A DNA stretch of 64,000 nucleotides from Parvibaculum sp. (GCA_036499025.1 DASYEM010000021.1:2421-66420), one strand, 5' to 3'; positions 51,244 to 61,581 are shown, counted from the stretch's first letter. Numbers and translations: made by a program. Notes: a model not told the origin generated them from the letters alone.

Positions 51244-52089
51244 ATGGATATCAACCTCGCTCGTACATTCCTGGAGGTGGTGAATACGGGCAGCTTCGTC
51301 GCCGCCGCCGAACGGCTGAATCTGACGCAGACGGCGATCAGCGCGCGCATCCGGGCGCTTGAAGACCAACTCGGGCGGCGGCTTTTCGTACGCAACAAGG
51401 CGGGTGCCCGCCTGACGCCCGCCGGAGAGCGCTTCATGCATGACGCGGCGACGCTTGTGCAAGTCTGGGAGCGGGCCCGCCAGCGTGTTGCCTTGCCGCC
51501 GGGCCGCGCCAATGTCGTCAGCATCGGCGGCGAGCTGAGCCTCTGGAGCCCGCTGCTCGCCGATTGGCTGGTATGGATGCGCCGGGAGTGTCCCGAGATC
51601 GCGCTCCGGGCCGAAGTCAATACGCCGGCCCATCTGCTCGATAGAGTGCAGAACGGTTCACTCGATCTGGCGGTGCTTTATAGCCCGCCGCCCCAATCCG
51701 ATCTCGCGGTCGAACTCCTGACCGAGGAGAAACTCGTCATGGTGACGACGTCGAAGACGGAACAGCAGGCCCCCGACGATTACATTCATGTCGATTGGGG
51801 CCCGGCCTTCAACGCCAACCTCCAGGCCGCTTTCCCCGCATTGGCGAATCCCGCCGTCTCCATCTCGCTTGGGCCGCTGGCCCTGACGTATATGCTCGCT
51901 GTAGGCGGCAACGGCTATTTTCGATTGGGTGCGGTCAAAAACCATCTCGCCGACGGTCGGCTCCGCCTTGTCACACAGGCGCCGGAGTTCTCCTATTCTA
52001 TCCACGCTATCTATTCGACGCGGAGCGAGACAGATCTCATCGACCGCGTCCGCGCCGGCTTGCGCTCCTGCACGACGTCCGACGCTTGA
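51244..52089 (+). CDS. LysR-family regulator (HdfR-like), divergent from cysJ
   Basis: MDINLARTFLEV..GSFVAAAERLNLTQTAISARIRALE; YIHVDWG. Confidence 0.92.
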   Translation: MDINLARTFLEVVNTGSFVAAAERLNLTQTAISARIRALEDQLGRRLFVRNKAGARLTPAGERFMHDAATLVQVWERARQRVALPPGRANVVSIGGELSLWSPLLADWLVWMRRECPEIALRAEVNTPAHLLDRVQNGSLDLAVLYSPPPQSDLAVELLTEEKLVMVTTSKTEQQAPDDYIHVDWGPAFNANLQAAFPALANPAVSISLGPLALTYMLAVGGNGYFRLGAVKNHLADGRLRLVTQAPEFSYSIHAIYSTRSETDLIDRVRAGLRSCTTSDA

Positions 52090-52105
52090 AAGACGCGATG
52101 CGCAT

Positions 52106-52207
52106 TCAGTTTTTCGGCATCAAGGGTTCGGCGATCTTATCGATGGAGAAGCTCGCGGATTTCTGACGGGGCGGAAATTCCTTGAAACTTTCGAGCAATT
52201 TCCCCAG
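52106..52207 (-). pseudogene. C-terminal relic of an arylsulfatase-like gene
   Basis: LGKLLESFKEFPPRQKSASFSIDKI resembles the conserved C-terminal tail (F.EFPPRQK.ASFS.D) of AslA-type arylsulfatases; rest of gene absent. Confidence 0.6.
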
Positions 52208-52722
52208 CGGGGGAGGCGCACAGTCGTTGGATTGAACCCCAATGCGAGCCTGCCGCCAACGCTGCTGATGACGACAGAATAAATTGTGGCGCGTCACTCG
52301 AATATCAAACACGCAAAATTTCAATTTATTGGTCAGAGAGAAAACAGCCAAATAAGTACGGAAATTGCTGGGCTCTATTGTACGTCCACCATATGCGCCC
52401 AGATAACCGGCATCGGCCGGTACATCTCGCAATGTCCAGTGGAATGAGCACTTCAGTCACAAGGATTGATCCGATAATATATATTATGGATATTATTTTG
52501 ATAATCAATTCCAGAAGAGATGTTCTCGCGGATCCCCATTCAAGCTGTTGTATCTACGCCAAAATCCATTTTAGCACTGGCGAGACATCGCAGAGCCAAC
52601 CGCAAATTGAACCATTTTGAGCGGCCCTCGTTCTATTCACGCAAGGTCGGCGGATTGCTGAAGGTCACCGCCCGCCAGAGCTTATGGGGATATGCGGGAT
52701 TCATAGAACAGGAATTTGCGAT

Positions 52723-53208
52723 ATGACCAACTTCAAACGTTTGCTTCTCGTCGGCGCGGCCGGCATTGCCCTCGGAATTGCACCGGCCAGCGCAGGCGTG
52801 ATTGGAGGCACGGTCGGCGGGACCGGAGGCGGCAATGTCGGCGTTGGCTCCACAGGTGGCACGCTTGGCGGCAATGCGACGTCGAATGGCAGCCTCAGCA
52901 CGCCGATGGGCAGCAGCAACGCCGGAGCCTCGGGCAGCGCGAGCGGCTCGGCTTCTTCGTCGGGCGCGACCGGCGGAGCAACGGTCGGCAGCAGCGGCGG
53001 CGCTTCGATGCCGGATGCGGGTGAGACCACCGGCACCATTCGTCGCAATGGCGAAGACGCGGCAAATAGCGCGCGCAGCACCGCCGACGGGACCGTCGGA
53101 ACGCTTAAAAGCACCGGCAAGGATGCCGTCGACAAAGCTGGCTCAACGTCTCTCGGTGCGGGCGGTTCGGCCAACGTGAATGGCGCCGCAGGCTCCACTT
53201 CAAACTAA
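52723..53208 (+). CDS. Secreted Gly/Ser/Ala-rich low-complexity protein
   Basis: Signal peptide MTNFKRLLLVGAAGIALGIAPASA; AGGA SD; terminator follows. Confidence 0.75.
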   Translation: MTNFKRLLLVGAAGIALGIAPASAGVIGGTVGGTGGGNVGVGSTGGTLGGNATSNGSLSTPMGSSNAGASGSASGSASSSGATGGATVGSSGGASMPDAGETTGTIRRNGEDAANSARSTADGTVGTLKSTGKDAVDKAGSTSLGAGGSANVNGAAGSTSN

Positions 53209-53232
53209 CGTTTTGGCTTGCTCAAAAATGGC

Positions 53233-53270
53233 GAAGGGCGCAGCGAAGCGGTTGCGCCCTTCTCTGTTTT
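53233..53270 (+). terminator. Intrinsic terminator
   Basis: GAAGGGCGCAGC...GTTGCGCCCTTC followed by TCTGTTTT. Confidence 0.7.
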
Positions 53271-53341
53271 CCCCACCGCTATTTTCTTGCTTGCGCACGC
53301 GGAAATTATTCTCCGAACAAGGATCAAAATTCTCATAACCG

Positions 53342-53367
53342 GGAACTGAACTCCATGCTCGTCCGTT
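53342..53367 (+). promoter_or_regulatory. EcfG/sigmaT-type general stress promoter
   Basis: GGAAC-N17-CGTT, 33 nt before ATG 53401. Confidence 0.7.
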
Positions 53368-53400
53368 TCATACACAGCAAATGTTCAAGGAGGAATTCAA

Positions 53401-53850
53401 ATGAAAATGAAACAAATTCTTCTCGCCAGCGCGGCGACCGTATTGCTTTCTATGCCGGTGATGGCCGCCGAGATGGGCGACATGACGGGCACTTCCGGCG
53501 TCACCGGAACTACGAAGACAATGCCGAACGGCACGTCGAATGCGCCGGCGACTGGTCCCAACGCGACGGCCATTCCCGAAGTCCCGGCGGCCGGCGCTAA
53601 CGCCGCTGGCTCCAGCACCGTTGGTGAAGGCACCACTGGTACGACGGGCAAAGATGGTGGTGCGGCTTCCACGGACTTGCAGCATCAGTTGACGACGAAG
53701 GGCTATACGTCGATCACGCCGAATGACAGTGCCGGAGCCACGACAAGCGGCGAAACTCGCTTCAACGCGACCAATGCCGATGGCAAGAAAGTTCATCTGA
53801 CCGTGAATGCCAATACGGGCGCCATCGTCAAAGAGATGCCGGCGGAATAA
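53401..53850 (+). CDS. Secreted protein with C-terminal PepSY-like domain
   Basis: Signal peptide; low-complexity linker; LTTKGY...ATNADGKKVHLTVNANTGAIV; AAGGAGG SD. Confidence 0.8.
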   Translation: MKMKQILLASAATVLLSMPVMAAEMGDMTGTSGVTGTTKTMPNGTSNAPATGPNATAIPEVPAAGANAAGSSTVGEGTTGTTGKDGGAASTDLQHQLTTKGYTSITPNDSAGATTSGETRFNATNADGKKVHLTVNANTGAIVKEMPAE

Positions 53851-53869
53851 CGCCCCGCAAATTTGATTT

Positions 53870-53900
53870 ACGGCTCGGCCTCATCGGCCGGGCCGTTTTT
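53870..53900. terminator. Terminator between convergent genes
   Basis: ACGGCTCGGCC-TCATC-GGCCGGGCCGT-TTTT. Confidence 0.7.
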
Positions 53901-53906
53901 CGTGGG

Positions 53907-54716
53907 CTAACTCTCAAAGTCGATGACCATGCCGTCGAAAGCGGGTTCGACATTTTCGGGCAACTCCGAGCGGAGTTTCCGGTAGTCGAGATCGACATGG
54001 AGATTGGTGAGAACGCCCAGTCGAGGATTTACCCGTGCGATCCATTCGAGCGAGCGCTCGACATGGGAATGTGTCGGGTGCGGTGTATATCTCAGCGCAT
54101 CGACAATCCAGCATTCGACGCCATCGATCAGCGTGAAACTATCCTCAGGCAGATCGACAAGATCACTTGAATAAGCGAGCGGTCCGAAACGGAAACCGAG
54201 CGAGCGAATGCCGCCGTGGTCCTGATCGAAAGGAATGGCTTCGATTATGCCGCCGGCTCCATCAACGCGGATCGGTTCACCGAATTTCTCGATCCGATGC
54301 TCCTGAAGGATTGCCGGGTAGCCTGAGCCTGGAGCCTGCACGAAACAATAGTCGAAACGCGACGTCAGAGTTTTCGCGGTCGGCGCATCCATCCAGACAT
54401 CGACACGCCGCCGCCCATTGAGCGCAACCATGCGTAGATCGTCGATGCCGTGGCTTTGGTCCGCATGGTCATGCGTGTAGAGAACGCCGTCAATCCAAGA
54501 GACGTTCGCATCGATCAGCTGGTCGCGCATGTCAGGCGATGTGTCGACCAGTACCGTCGTCTTCTTCGCCGGATCCTGATCCCATTGTTCGACAAGCAAT
54601 GAACAGCGGCGGCGGCGGTTGCGCGGCTCTTTCGGATCGCAAGCGCCCCAATGACCGCCGATGCGCGGGACGCCGCCGGAAGAACCCGAGCCCAATATGG
54701 TCGCACGCAATTTCAT
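53907..54716 (-). CDS. MBL-fold hydrolase, PhnP family
   Basis: ILGSGSSGGVP, DTSPD, THDHADQSHG, AYSSD, PAFDGM. Confidence 0.92.
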   Translation of the reverse strand: MKLRATILGSGSSGGVPRIGGHWGACDPKEPRNRRRRCSLLVEQWDQDPAKKTTVLVDTSPDMRDQLIDANVSWIDGVLYTHDHADQSHGIDDLRMVALNGRRRVDVWMDAPTAKTLTSRFDYCFVQAPGSGYPAILQEHRIEKFGEPIRVDGAGGIIEAIPFDQDHGGIRSLGFRFGPLAYSSDLVDLPEDSFTLIDGVECWIVDALRYTPHPTHSHVERSLEWIARVNPRLGVLTNLHVDLDYRKLRSELPENVEPAFDGMVIDFES

Positions 54717-55519
54717 GGACGAAACACGGCCTCGCGCGGCACACGCCTGAAAAGCCGGAGAAAATTCTCACTCGTTTGACATGCGAGATCGTCGGCTCCG
54801 ACGCCTTTTATTTCGGCGAGTTTCGCGGCCGTGTGGACGACGAAAGATGGTTCGTTGCGCTTACCGCGTTTCGGTATGGGGGCCAGATAAGGCGAGTCCG
54901 TTTCAACCAGCAGCCTGTCGAGCGGCACGCTCCGTGCGGTTTCCTGCAGTTCCGCCGCGCTCTTGAATGTCAGAATGCCGGAAAGAGAAATATAGAAACC
55001 GAGGCCAAGCGCATGAGCCGCGAGCGCCGGGCTCGATGTGAAGCAATGCAAAAGACCGGGGAAGACGCCCTTCCCCATTTCTTCCGACAAAACCGCCGCC
55101 GTATCTTCATCCGCATCGCGTGTATGCACGATCAGCGGCAAACCAGTTTCGCGCGCAGCAGCAATATGGGCGCGGAAGCAACGCATTTGCGGTCCGCGCG
55201 GACTGTGTTCGTAATAATAATCGAGCCCGGTTTCGCCGATTCCGACGACCTTGGGATGCGCGGCGAGCTTCACCAGCGTCGCAGTATCCGTTTCCGGTTC
55301 GGTCGCGGCTTCATGCGGATGGATGCCGACCGAGCAGTAGACGTTTGGAAAGCGTTCGGCAATGGCGCGAACCTTGTCGAATTCACTGACCTTGGTCGAG
55401 ATCGTGACCATCAGGCCGACACCGGCTTCGTGCGCGCGCGCAACGACTTCATCGACTTCAGCGGCAAAATCCGGGAAGTCGAGATGGCAATGGCTGTCGA
55501 CAAGAACGGGCACGCTCAC
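54713..55519 (-). CDS. TatD-family hydrolase
   Basis: [36 protein letters not shown]. Confidence 0.94.
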   Translation of the reverse strand: MSVPVLVDSHCHLDFPDFAAEVDEVVARAHEAGVGLMVTISTKVSEFDKVRAIAERFPNVYCSVGIHPHEAATEPETDTATLVKLAAHPKVVGIGETGLDYYYEHSPRGPQMRCFRAHIAAARETGLPLIVHTRDADEDTAAVLSEEMGKGVFPGLLHCFTSSPALAAHALGLGFYISLSGILTFKSAAELQETARSVPLDRLLVETDSPYLAPIPKRGKRNEPSFVVHTAAKLAEIKGVGADDLACQTSENFLRLFRRVPREAVFRP

Positions 55520-57093
55520 TGGCCGGCTGCCTCCGTATCGACGAGACGCGGAAACACGCCTTGCGGCGCGGGCAGCGGTGTCTCGGGCTTCAGCGGTGCG
55601 CCATCGAGATGTTCGAAATTGCGTTCTTCGGCGCGCACGCCGAGCATATCAAGCAACTTCGCCGCCGAAGCCGGCACGACCGGCTGCAACAGGATCGCGG
55701 CGTAGCGCACGACTTCAATTGTCACGTAAAGAACGGTCGCCATGCGCTCAGGGTCGGTCTTCTTCAATGCCCATGGCTCTTGCGATGCGAAATAACGATT
55801 GGCGTCGCTGACGACCTCAAAAACCGAACCGAGATAATTATGAATCTCGAACCGCTCCATCTGCGCGCGCACTGTTTCGAGCAGGCCCGCCGCCGCTTTC
55901 AGAAGCGTTTCGTCCTCGTCGGTGAAGGCGCTGCGCATCGGTACCTGAGCATCGCAATTCTTTGCGATCATCGATAGCGAGCGCTGCGCGAGATTGCCGA
56001 TGTCGTTGGCCAGATCGGCATTGACGCGGTTCACCACCGTTTCGTGGCTATAGGTGCCGTCTGCGCCATAAGGCACTTCGCGGCAGAAGAAATAGCGGAT
56101 CGGATCGACGCCATAGGTATCGGTGATCGTGAATGGATCGATGACGTTGCCGACCGACTTCGACATTTTCTCGCCGCGATTATAGAGAAATCCGTGGCCG
56201 AAAACGCGCTTGGGCAGCGGAATGCCGGCAGCCATCAGCATCGCCGGCCAGATGATCGCGTGGAAGCGCACGATATCCTTGCCGATGATATGCGCATCGG
56301 CGGGCCAGTAGCGTTTGAACTCTTTGCTGTTCATGTCGGGATAGCCGACGCCGGTCAGGTAGTTGGTCAGCGCATCGAACCAGACATACATGACGTGGCG
56401 CGGATCGCCCGGCACCTCGACGCCCCAATCAAGCTTGGTGCGCGAGCGCGAGATCGACAGATCGGTGAGGCCTCGTTTGATGAAAGCCGTCACTTCATTG
56501 CGCCTGGAGGCAGGCTGAATGAAATCGGGATTGTCTTCATAGAGCTTCAGCAACTTGTCTTGATAGGCGGACAGGCGGAAGAAATAAGTCTCGTCTTCCA
56601 TCCACTCGACGGGCGTGCCGGTCGGCGCGAGCTTTTCGCCCTTCTCACCTGTTGTCAGTTCGTCTTCGCCATAGAAGGCTTCGTCGCGAACCGAATACCA
56701 TCCCGAATAAGCGCCGAGATAAATGTCCGGGCCCTTGTCGCCTTCATTGCGCGCAATTTCCTCCCAGAGGCGCTCGCAAGCGCGCTCATGCCGCTTTTCG
56801 ATGGTGCGGATGAAGTCGTCGTTCGAAGCGTTCAGGCGTTCAGTCATCGCCTTGAACTTCGGCGCCATTTCGTCGGCCAGTTCCTGCGCGGTGATGCCTC
56901 TCGCTTTCGCGGTCTGCACCATCTTCTGGCCGTGATCGTCGACACCCGTGAGGAAATGCACGTCATAGCCGTCAAGCCGTTTGAAACGGGCGATAACGTC
57001 GGTCGTGATCAGCTCATAGGCGTGGCCGATATGAGGCGGACCATTCGGATACGAAATGGCGGTCGTGATGTAAAAAGCCTTGGGCGGCGTCAT
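55516..57093 (-). CDS. metG: Methionine--tRNA ligase
   Basis: [30 protein letters not shown]; ATG 57093. Confidence 0.97.
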   Translation of the reverse strand: MTPPKAFYITTAISYPNGPPHIGHAYELITTDVIARFKRLDGYDVHFLTGVDDHGQKMVQTAKARGITAQELADEMAPKFKAMTERLNASNDDFIRTIEKRHERACERLWEEIARNEGDKGPDIYLGAYSGWYSVRDEAFYGEDELTTGEKGEKLAPTGTPVEWMEDETYFFRLSAYQDKLLKLYEDNPDFIQPASRRNEVTAFIKRGLTDLSISRSRTKLDWGVEVPGDPRHVMYVWFDALTNYLTGVGYPDMNSKEFKRYWPADAHIIGKDIVRFHAIIWPAMLMAAGIPLPKRVFGHGFLYNRGEKMSKSVGNVIDPFTITDTYGVDPIRYFFCREVPYGADGTYSHETVVNRVNADLANDIGNLAQRSLSMIAKNCDAQVPMRSAFTDEDETLLKAAAGLLETVRAQMERFEIHNYLGSVFEVVSDANRYFASQEPWALKKTDPERMATVLYVTIEVVRYAAILLQPVVPASAAKLLDMLGVRAEERNFEHLDGAPLKPETPLPAPQGVFPRLVDTEAAGQ

Positions 57094-57137
57094 GCGTTCG
57101 CAAACCTGTCGAGATGGGCGTCTGTCAGGCATCCCGC

Positions 57138-58250
57138 TCAAACGCCAACGCGTTCGCCGGCGACGCTTTCCAACATCGAAAAAATGTTGAGGACCACGAG
57201 CTTGCGATCCGTATTGAGCGCTTCTGCGCGGGCGACCGATTGGCTGATCTTTTCCCATACCTCGACCCAGCGATCAAGGCCGCCGGGCTGAGCCAGACGT
57301 GCCATCGCGGCCCCCTCGCCCGGCACCAGATCGGGCAACGCAGGGATGCCCGCGCCGGTCCGCACCAGGCGCTGGAGCCAGTCGCTGAGAAGCTCAAGGG
57401 CCGTTGCGTAAGCCTCGTCGGCACCGCGCCGTCCGATCTTGTCGGCCAGCGTGTGGACGGCTTTGACGTTGAGCCTCGGGAGCGCCACTAGCAGCGTGGC
57501 GATCTCGCTATAGAGATCGAGGCCACCACCTGCCGCAATCGACAGTGCGCGCCCTGCGCTGCCTTCAGCAAGCCGCCCGATGGCGATGCGTTCTTCCTCG
57601 CTCGCCTTGATCTCATTGGCGGCAAGCACCTGTGCGATGCCTTTGGGCGCCAACGGCTTCAGCTTCAGCGTTCGGCAGCGCGAACGAATGGTCGGCAACA
57701 GCCTGCCGGGCTGATGACTGACGACAAAAAACAAACCGCGAGACGGTGGCTCTTCAAGGATTTTGAGCAAAGCATTTTCGGCGTTGACGTTCATGTCGTC
57801 GGCGGCGTCGATGATCGAGATACGCCAACCCCCTGCCCCGGCGCTCATGCCGAAGAAGTTCGCCGTGCGCCGCACTTCTTCCACCGGAATGACGGTCTTC
57901 AGGCGCTTTGCCTTGTCGTCATAGGGCCGGTTGATGACGAGCATGTTCGGATGGCTCTGGGCGGCGACCTGCCGAAAGATGGGGTCGCTCTCGGCGACTG
58001 AGAGGTCCGTCGCCTTCGCAGCCTGTGCAATTTCCGGCATTCCATGACGCAGAACGAAGCGCGCGGCGCGATAGGCGAGCGTTGCCTTGCCGATGCCTTT
58101 CGGGCCTGTCAGCAGCCACGCGTGATGCATGCGGCCGCTCATGAAAGCGTCGAAGATGGCGTGTTCGGCGTCATCCTGGCCGACGAGCATCGAGACTTCG
58201 CGCGGATGCGGAAAATCGCCGAGACGGTCGCTTTCAGGAGTGTCGCTCAT
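57138..58250 (-). CDS. holB: DNA polymerase III delta' subunit
   Basis: [35 protein letters not shown]. Confidence 0.95.
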   Translation of the reverse strand: MSDTPESDRLGDFPHPREVSMLVGQDDAEHAIFDAFMSGRMHHAWLLTGPKGIGKATLAYRAARFVLRHGMPEIAQAAKATDLSVAESDPIFRQVAAQSHPNMLVINRPYDDKAKRLKTVIPVEEVRRTANFFGMSAGAGGWRISIIDAADDMNVNAENALLKILEEPPSRGLFFVVSHQPGRLLPTIRSRCRTLKLKPLAPKGIAQVLAANEIKASEEERIAIGRLAEGSAGRALSIAAGGGLDLYSEIATLLVALPRLNVKAVHTLADKIGRRGADEAYATALELLSDWLQRLVRTGAGIPALPDLVPGEGAAMARLAQPGGLDRWVEVWEKISQSVARAEALNTDRKLVVLNIFSMLESVAGERVGV

Positions 58251-58299
58251 GCTTCTCTTTTACATGACGGAGGCGCGCCCGTCATGGGTACAGAGGAAG

Positions 58300-59619
58300 C
58301 TATTGGGGCTCGTTCGTCGCCTGGCTCATCTGTGCGACATAGGTGCGGAAGCGGACAAGCGAGCTGCCGTCGAGATTGACCTGCAGCATGATGTCGGACC
58401 GCGAAGGATCGACCTGCTTGTTGTCGATCAGAACCTCGTAATAGAGGTGGTTGCCGGTCGACATGCCAGAGCGTCCGATATAGGCCACAACCTGGCCTTT
58501 TTTCACCTTCGAGCCTTCATGCAACCCCTTGGCGAAGCCGGACATGTGGCCATAGGTCGTTGCCACACGCTCATTGTGGACGATCTTCAGAAACCGCCCA
58601 TAGTTGCCGCGCCAGCCGATCGTCTCGATCACGCCGTCTTCGGCGGCGTAAATCGGCGTGCCCTTGGGCGCGGCGAAGTCGATGCCTTTGTGAAATTTGC
58701 GGACCTTCAACACGGGATGGACGCGCCAGCCCCAGGGCGAGGTCATCTTGGCGTCATGCACCGGCGCACCAAGGCGGAACGGCGCGACACCGCGGCCATC
58801 TTCCTCCATGAAAGCGACGGTGCCGTCATTGGTCTCGTAGCGATAGACGCGATGCTGCTGGCCGAAGACCGAGAGTTCGGCATAACGCATAACGTGAGCC
58901 GCGCCTGCTTTCGATTTAGCGGTCTCGTAGACGACCGTGAACTGCGAACCGCTTGAGGGCTTCGAAGGAATGTCGCTGTCATAGGTGAAAGCTGCGACGA
59001 CGTCATCGGCGACGCTTTGCGGGATATTCGCGGCCACGAGATCCGACATCAGACCGCGCTTCACCGTGCCATGGCGCGTTGTGACGCCGATGGAGACGCT
59101 TTCGCTCCGTGCAGCCGCCTTGCCGATGTTGCGGCCAAGACGGTGAAATGCGCCATCAGCGCCTGCGACGACCGTCAGGACCTGATTGTGTTCGGTGCGC
59201 AGATGGACTGCGACGAGTTGCGCGCCCGGCGTGCCTTCAATTCCGGCTCGCATGGAGAATTCGACTTCGTCGCCGGCCTTGAGCTTAGAGGTGTCGTAGA
59301 GATCGGCCAGCGCTTTCATTGCGCCATCGCGCTGATCGGCGGCAATCCCTTCGCGCGTCAGCACACGCTCAAGCGTGTCGCCGGCCTGAAGCTTCACGGT
59401 ACGGTTGGCGACGACATTGAGATGGCCGGAGGATGAGCCGAGGATCGCCGCGCTCACATCGCCCTGATCCGCGGGGGCGCTGGCGGAAGGAATGCTCAGC
59501 GTACCGAGCGTATTGGCATGCGCAGGCGTGGCGTAGGAAATCAAAATAGCGGCTGAGAAACAGACTGTAGCGCCGAGGATCGGCAGCAAATCACGTTTGT
59601 TCTTTTGTCGCTGTTTCAT
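58300..59619 (-). CDS. M23-family peptidoglycan endopeptidase
   Basis: HKGIDF, YGHM, STGNHLYYE; N-terminal signal anchor; start 59619 or 59625. Confidence 0.9.
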   Translation of the reverse strand: MKQRQKNKRDLLPILGATVCFSAAILISYATPAHANTLGTLSIPSASAPADQGDVSAAILGSSSGHLNVVANRTVKLQAGDTLERVLTREGIAADQRDGAMKALADLYDTSKLKAGDEVEFSMRAGIEGTPGAQLVAVHLRTEHNQVLTVVAGADGAFHRLGRNIGKAAARSESVSIGVTTRHGTVKRGLMSDLVAANIPQSVADDVVAAFTYDSDIPSKPSSGSQFTVVYETAKSKAGAAHVMRYAELSVFGQQHRVYRYETNDGTVAFMEEDGRGVAPFRLGAPVHDAKMTSPWGWRVHPVLKVRKFHKGIDFAAPKGTPIYAAEDGVIETIGWRGNYGRFLKIVHNERVATTYGHMSGFAKGLHEGSKVKKGQVVAYIGRSGMSTGNHLYYEVLIDNKQVDPSRSDIMLQVNLDGSSLVRFRTYVAQMSQATNEPQ

Positions 59620-59731
59620 GCCCACCGCCCAAATTTCACAGCGTACCCGTGAAATGGGCCGCGTCCGCCCCGCCTCTATAGGCGATAGGCCGGTCTTGGG
59701 TCAAACGGGAATTTGTGTGATAGATCAATGA

Positions 59732-60358
59732 CTAGACTGGTAAACGCGATGTCACACTGTGCCATATTTGCCGCGCGACATCATCCTCACCCTTCGCCGC
59801 GTCGATGATCGTACAGCGCTCCGGCTGCGCTTCGGCTATGTCTAAAAATGCCTGCCTGAGCGTTTCGTGGAAGGCCACTCCCATTCGCTCATAGCGATCT
59901 TCGCCGCCCCGCTTGTGGGCCCGTGAGAGGCCTGTATCCACAGGCAGATCGAGGATGAGGGTGAGACCCGGCATGTCACCGCCGACGACGATTTTACTCA
60001 GTGCCGCAATCGCCTCTCGCTGCAAACCTTGCGCGGCGCCTTGGTAAGCAAAGGTTGAATCGACGAAGCGATCGCAAATTACCCAGTCGCCGCGCGCCAA
60101 TGCGGGCCGGATCGTATGGGCGAGATGTTCTTCGCGGGCCGCGAAATGTAACAGTGTTTCGGCAAGCGGCGCCCAGCGGCCTGTCTCTCCGGTGACGAGA
60201 AGGTCGCGGATCACTTCGGCCCCCGGCGCACCGCCCGGCTCTCTCGTCAGCGTGACACGATGGCCACGCTCGATCAGACCGGCGGCAAGTCTTTTCGCCT
60301 GGGTCGATTTGCCCGCACCCTCGCCACCCTCGAGCGTGATGAACCGGGGCTGAGTCAT
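59732..60358 (-). CDS. tmk: Thymidylate kinase
   Basis: FITLEGGEGAGKST, TREPGG, CDRFVDST.AYQG. Confidence 0.96.
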   Translation of the reverse strand: MTQPRFITLEGGEGAGKSTQAKRLAAGLIERGHRVTLTREPGGAPGAEVIRDLLVTGETGRWAPLAETLLHFAAREEHLAHTIRPALARGDWVICDRFVDSTFAYQGAAQGLQREAIAALSKIVVGGDMPGLTLILDLPVDTGLSRAHKRGGEDRYERMGVAFHETLRQAFLDIAEAQPERCTIIDAAKGEDDVARQIWHSVTSRLPV

Positions 60359-60364
60359 GTCACC

Positions 60365-61567
60365 TCAGCTGCCGAGGAGCATGTGATGAATGGCGTTCAT
60401 CGCACGGCCGAAAACGCCGAGCTGTTCGACATTCGCACCGGCGACGAGCGGGATCTCCTGCACCGGCTTGTCAGGTGCGGTGACGCGGAGCGTGCCGATG
60501 CGCTGGCCCGCCGAAATTGGCGCTGCGATAGGCGAGGTGTAGTTCACAGCAACCTGCATGCCCTTGCGTTGATCCGGCGTCATGATCAGCGAGATGTCGC
60601 TGGTCGAAACCAGTGGCACTTGCGAATAGGTGCCCTGCCATACCGGCGCATTATCGACAACGGCACCCGCGGCGAAGAGCTTGTACTTCTTGAAGGAGCG
60701 GAAGCCCCAATCGAGAACGCGCACGCTTTCTTCCGCGCGTGCCTTTTCCGTCGGCATACCATTGAGAACGAGGATCAGGCGCTCGTCACCGCGCTTGGCC
60801 GAGACGACGAGACCATAACCCGATGCCTCGGTGTGGCCGGTCTTCAGACCGTCGACGGTCGAGTCGAGAAAAAGCGCCGGGTTGCGGTTGTGCTGCGTAA
60901 TGCCGTTCCAGGTGAACTGCTTTTCGCTGAAATAGTGATAGTACTCTGGAAAATCATGAATGATGTGCTGAGCAAGGCGCGCGAGATCATGCGCCGTCAT
61001 CATCTGGTTCGGATCCGGCCAACCGGTTGCGTTGGCGAATGTTGAATTGGTAAGGCCCAACTCCTTGCCGCGTTCCGTCATCGCCGAGGCGAATTCAGGC
61101 TCCGAACCTTTCAACGCTTCGGCAACCGCGATGCAGGCGTCGTTGCCAGATTGAACGATGATTCCCTGAATAAGAATTTCGACGGGAATGCGCGAACCGA
61201 CCTGCGCAAACATGGTCGACGAACCGGAGGTCGTACCGCCTGCGCGCCATGCGTGTTCGCTGATCGGAAATTCGTCGGTGAGCTTTGTTGTGCCTGCCTT
61301 CAGGGACTCAAAAAGCATCGACAGCGTCATGAGCTTGCTCATGCTCGCTGGATGCATCTTGACATCGCCATCTTTTTCCCAAAGCACGGCGCCGGTCGAC
61401 GCATCCATCAGGACCGCATATTGCGCCGACGTATCGAAGGCGAAAGCTGGCCGTGCCGCCAAACCTGCAATCACAAAGACTGCGAAGGCGAGGGATCTGA
61501 AGACGGTGACGCTCGGCATTGATCTCATCATATCGGCTGCTTTCTTTTCGCTCTGGCTTTTAGTCAT
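60365..61567 (-). CDS. D-alanyl-D-alanine carboxypeptidase (DacA/DacC family)
   Basis: PASMSK, SGN, KTG motifs; PBP5 C-terminal domain. Confidence 0.94.
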   Translation of the reverse strand: MTKSQSEKKAADMMRSMPSVTVFRSLAFAVFVIAGLAARPAFAFDTSAQYAVLMDASTGAVLWEKDGDVKMHPASMSKLMTLSMLFESLKAGTTKLTDEFPISEHAWRAGGTTSGSSTMFAQVGSRIPVEILIQGIIVQSGNDACIAVAEALKGSEPEFASAMTERGKELGLTNSTFANATGWPDPNQMMTAHDLARLAQHIIHDFPEYYHYFSEKQFTWNGITQHNRNPALFLDSTVDGLKTGHTEASGYGLVVSAKRGDERLILVLNGMPTEKARAEESVRVLDWGFRSFKKYKLFAAGAVVDNAPVWQGTYSQVPLVSTSDISLIMTPDQRKGMQVAVNYTSPIAAPISAGQRIGTLRVTAPDKPVQEIPLVAGANVEQLGVFGRAMNAIHHMLLGS

Positions 61568-61581
61568 GTCTGTACTGGAAA

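Noticed and set aside
52790-53200. Repeat array or CRISPR in the Gly/Ser-rich gene
   Set aside because: Low-complexity coding sequence with no fixed-length nucleotide repeats or spacers.
43415-53900. Calling the accessory interval a mobile element
   Set aside because: No mobility genes or terminal repeats are visible; only composition shifts and gene relics support foreign origin.
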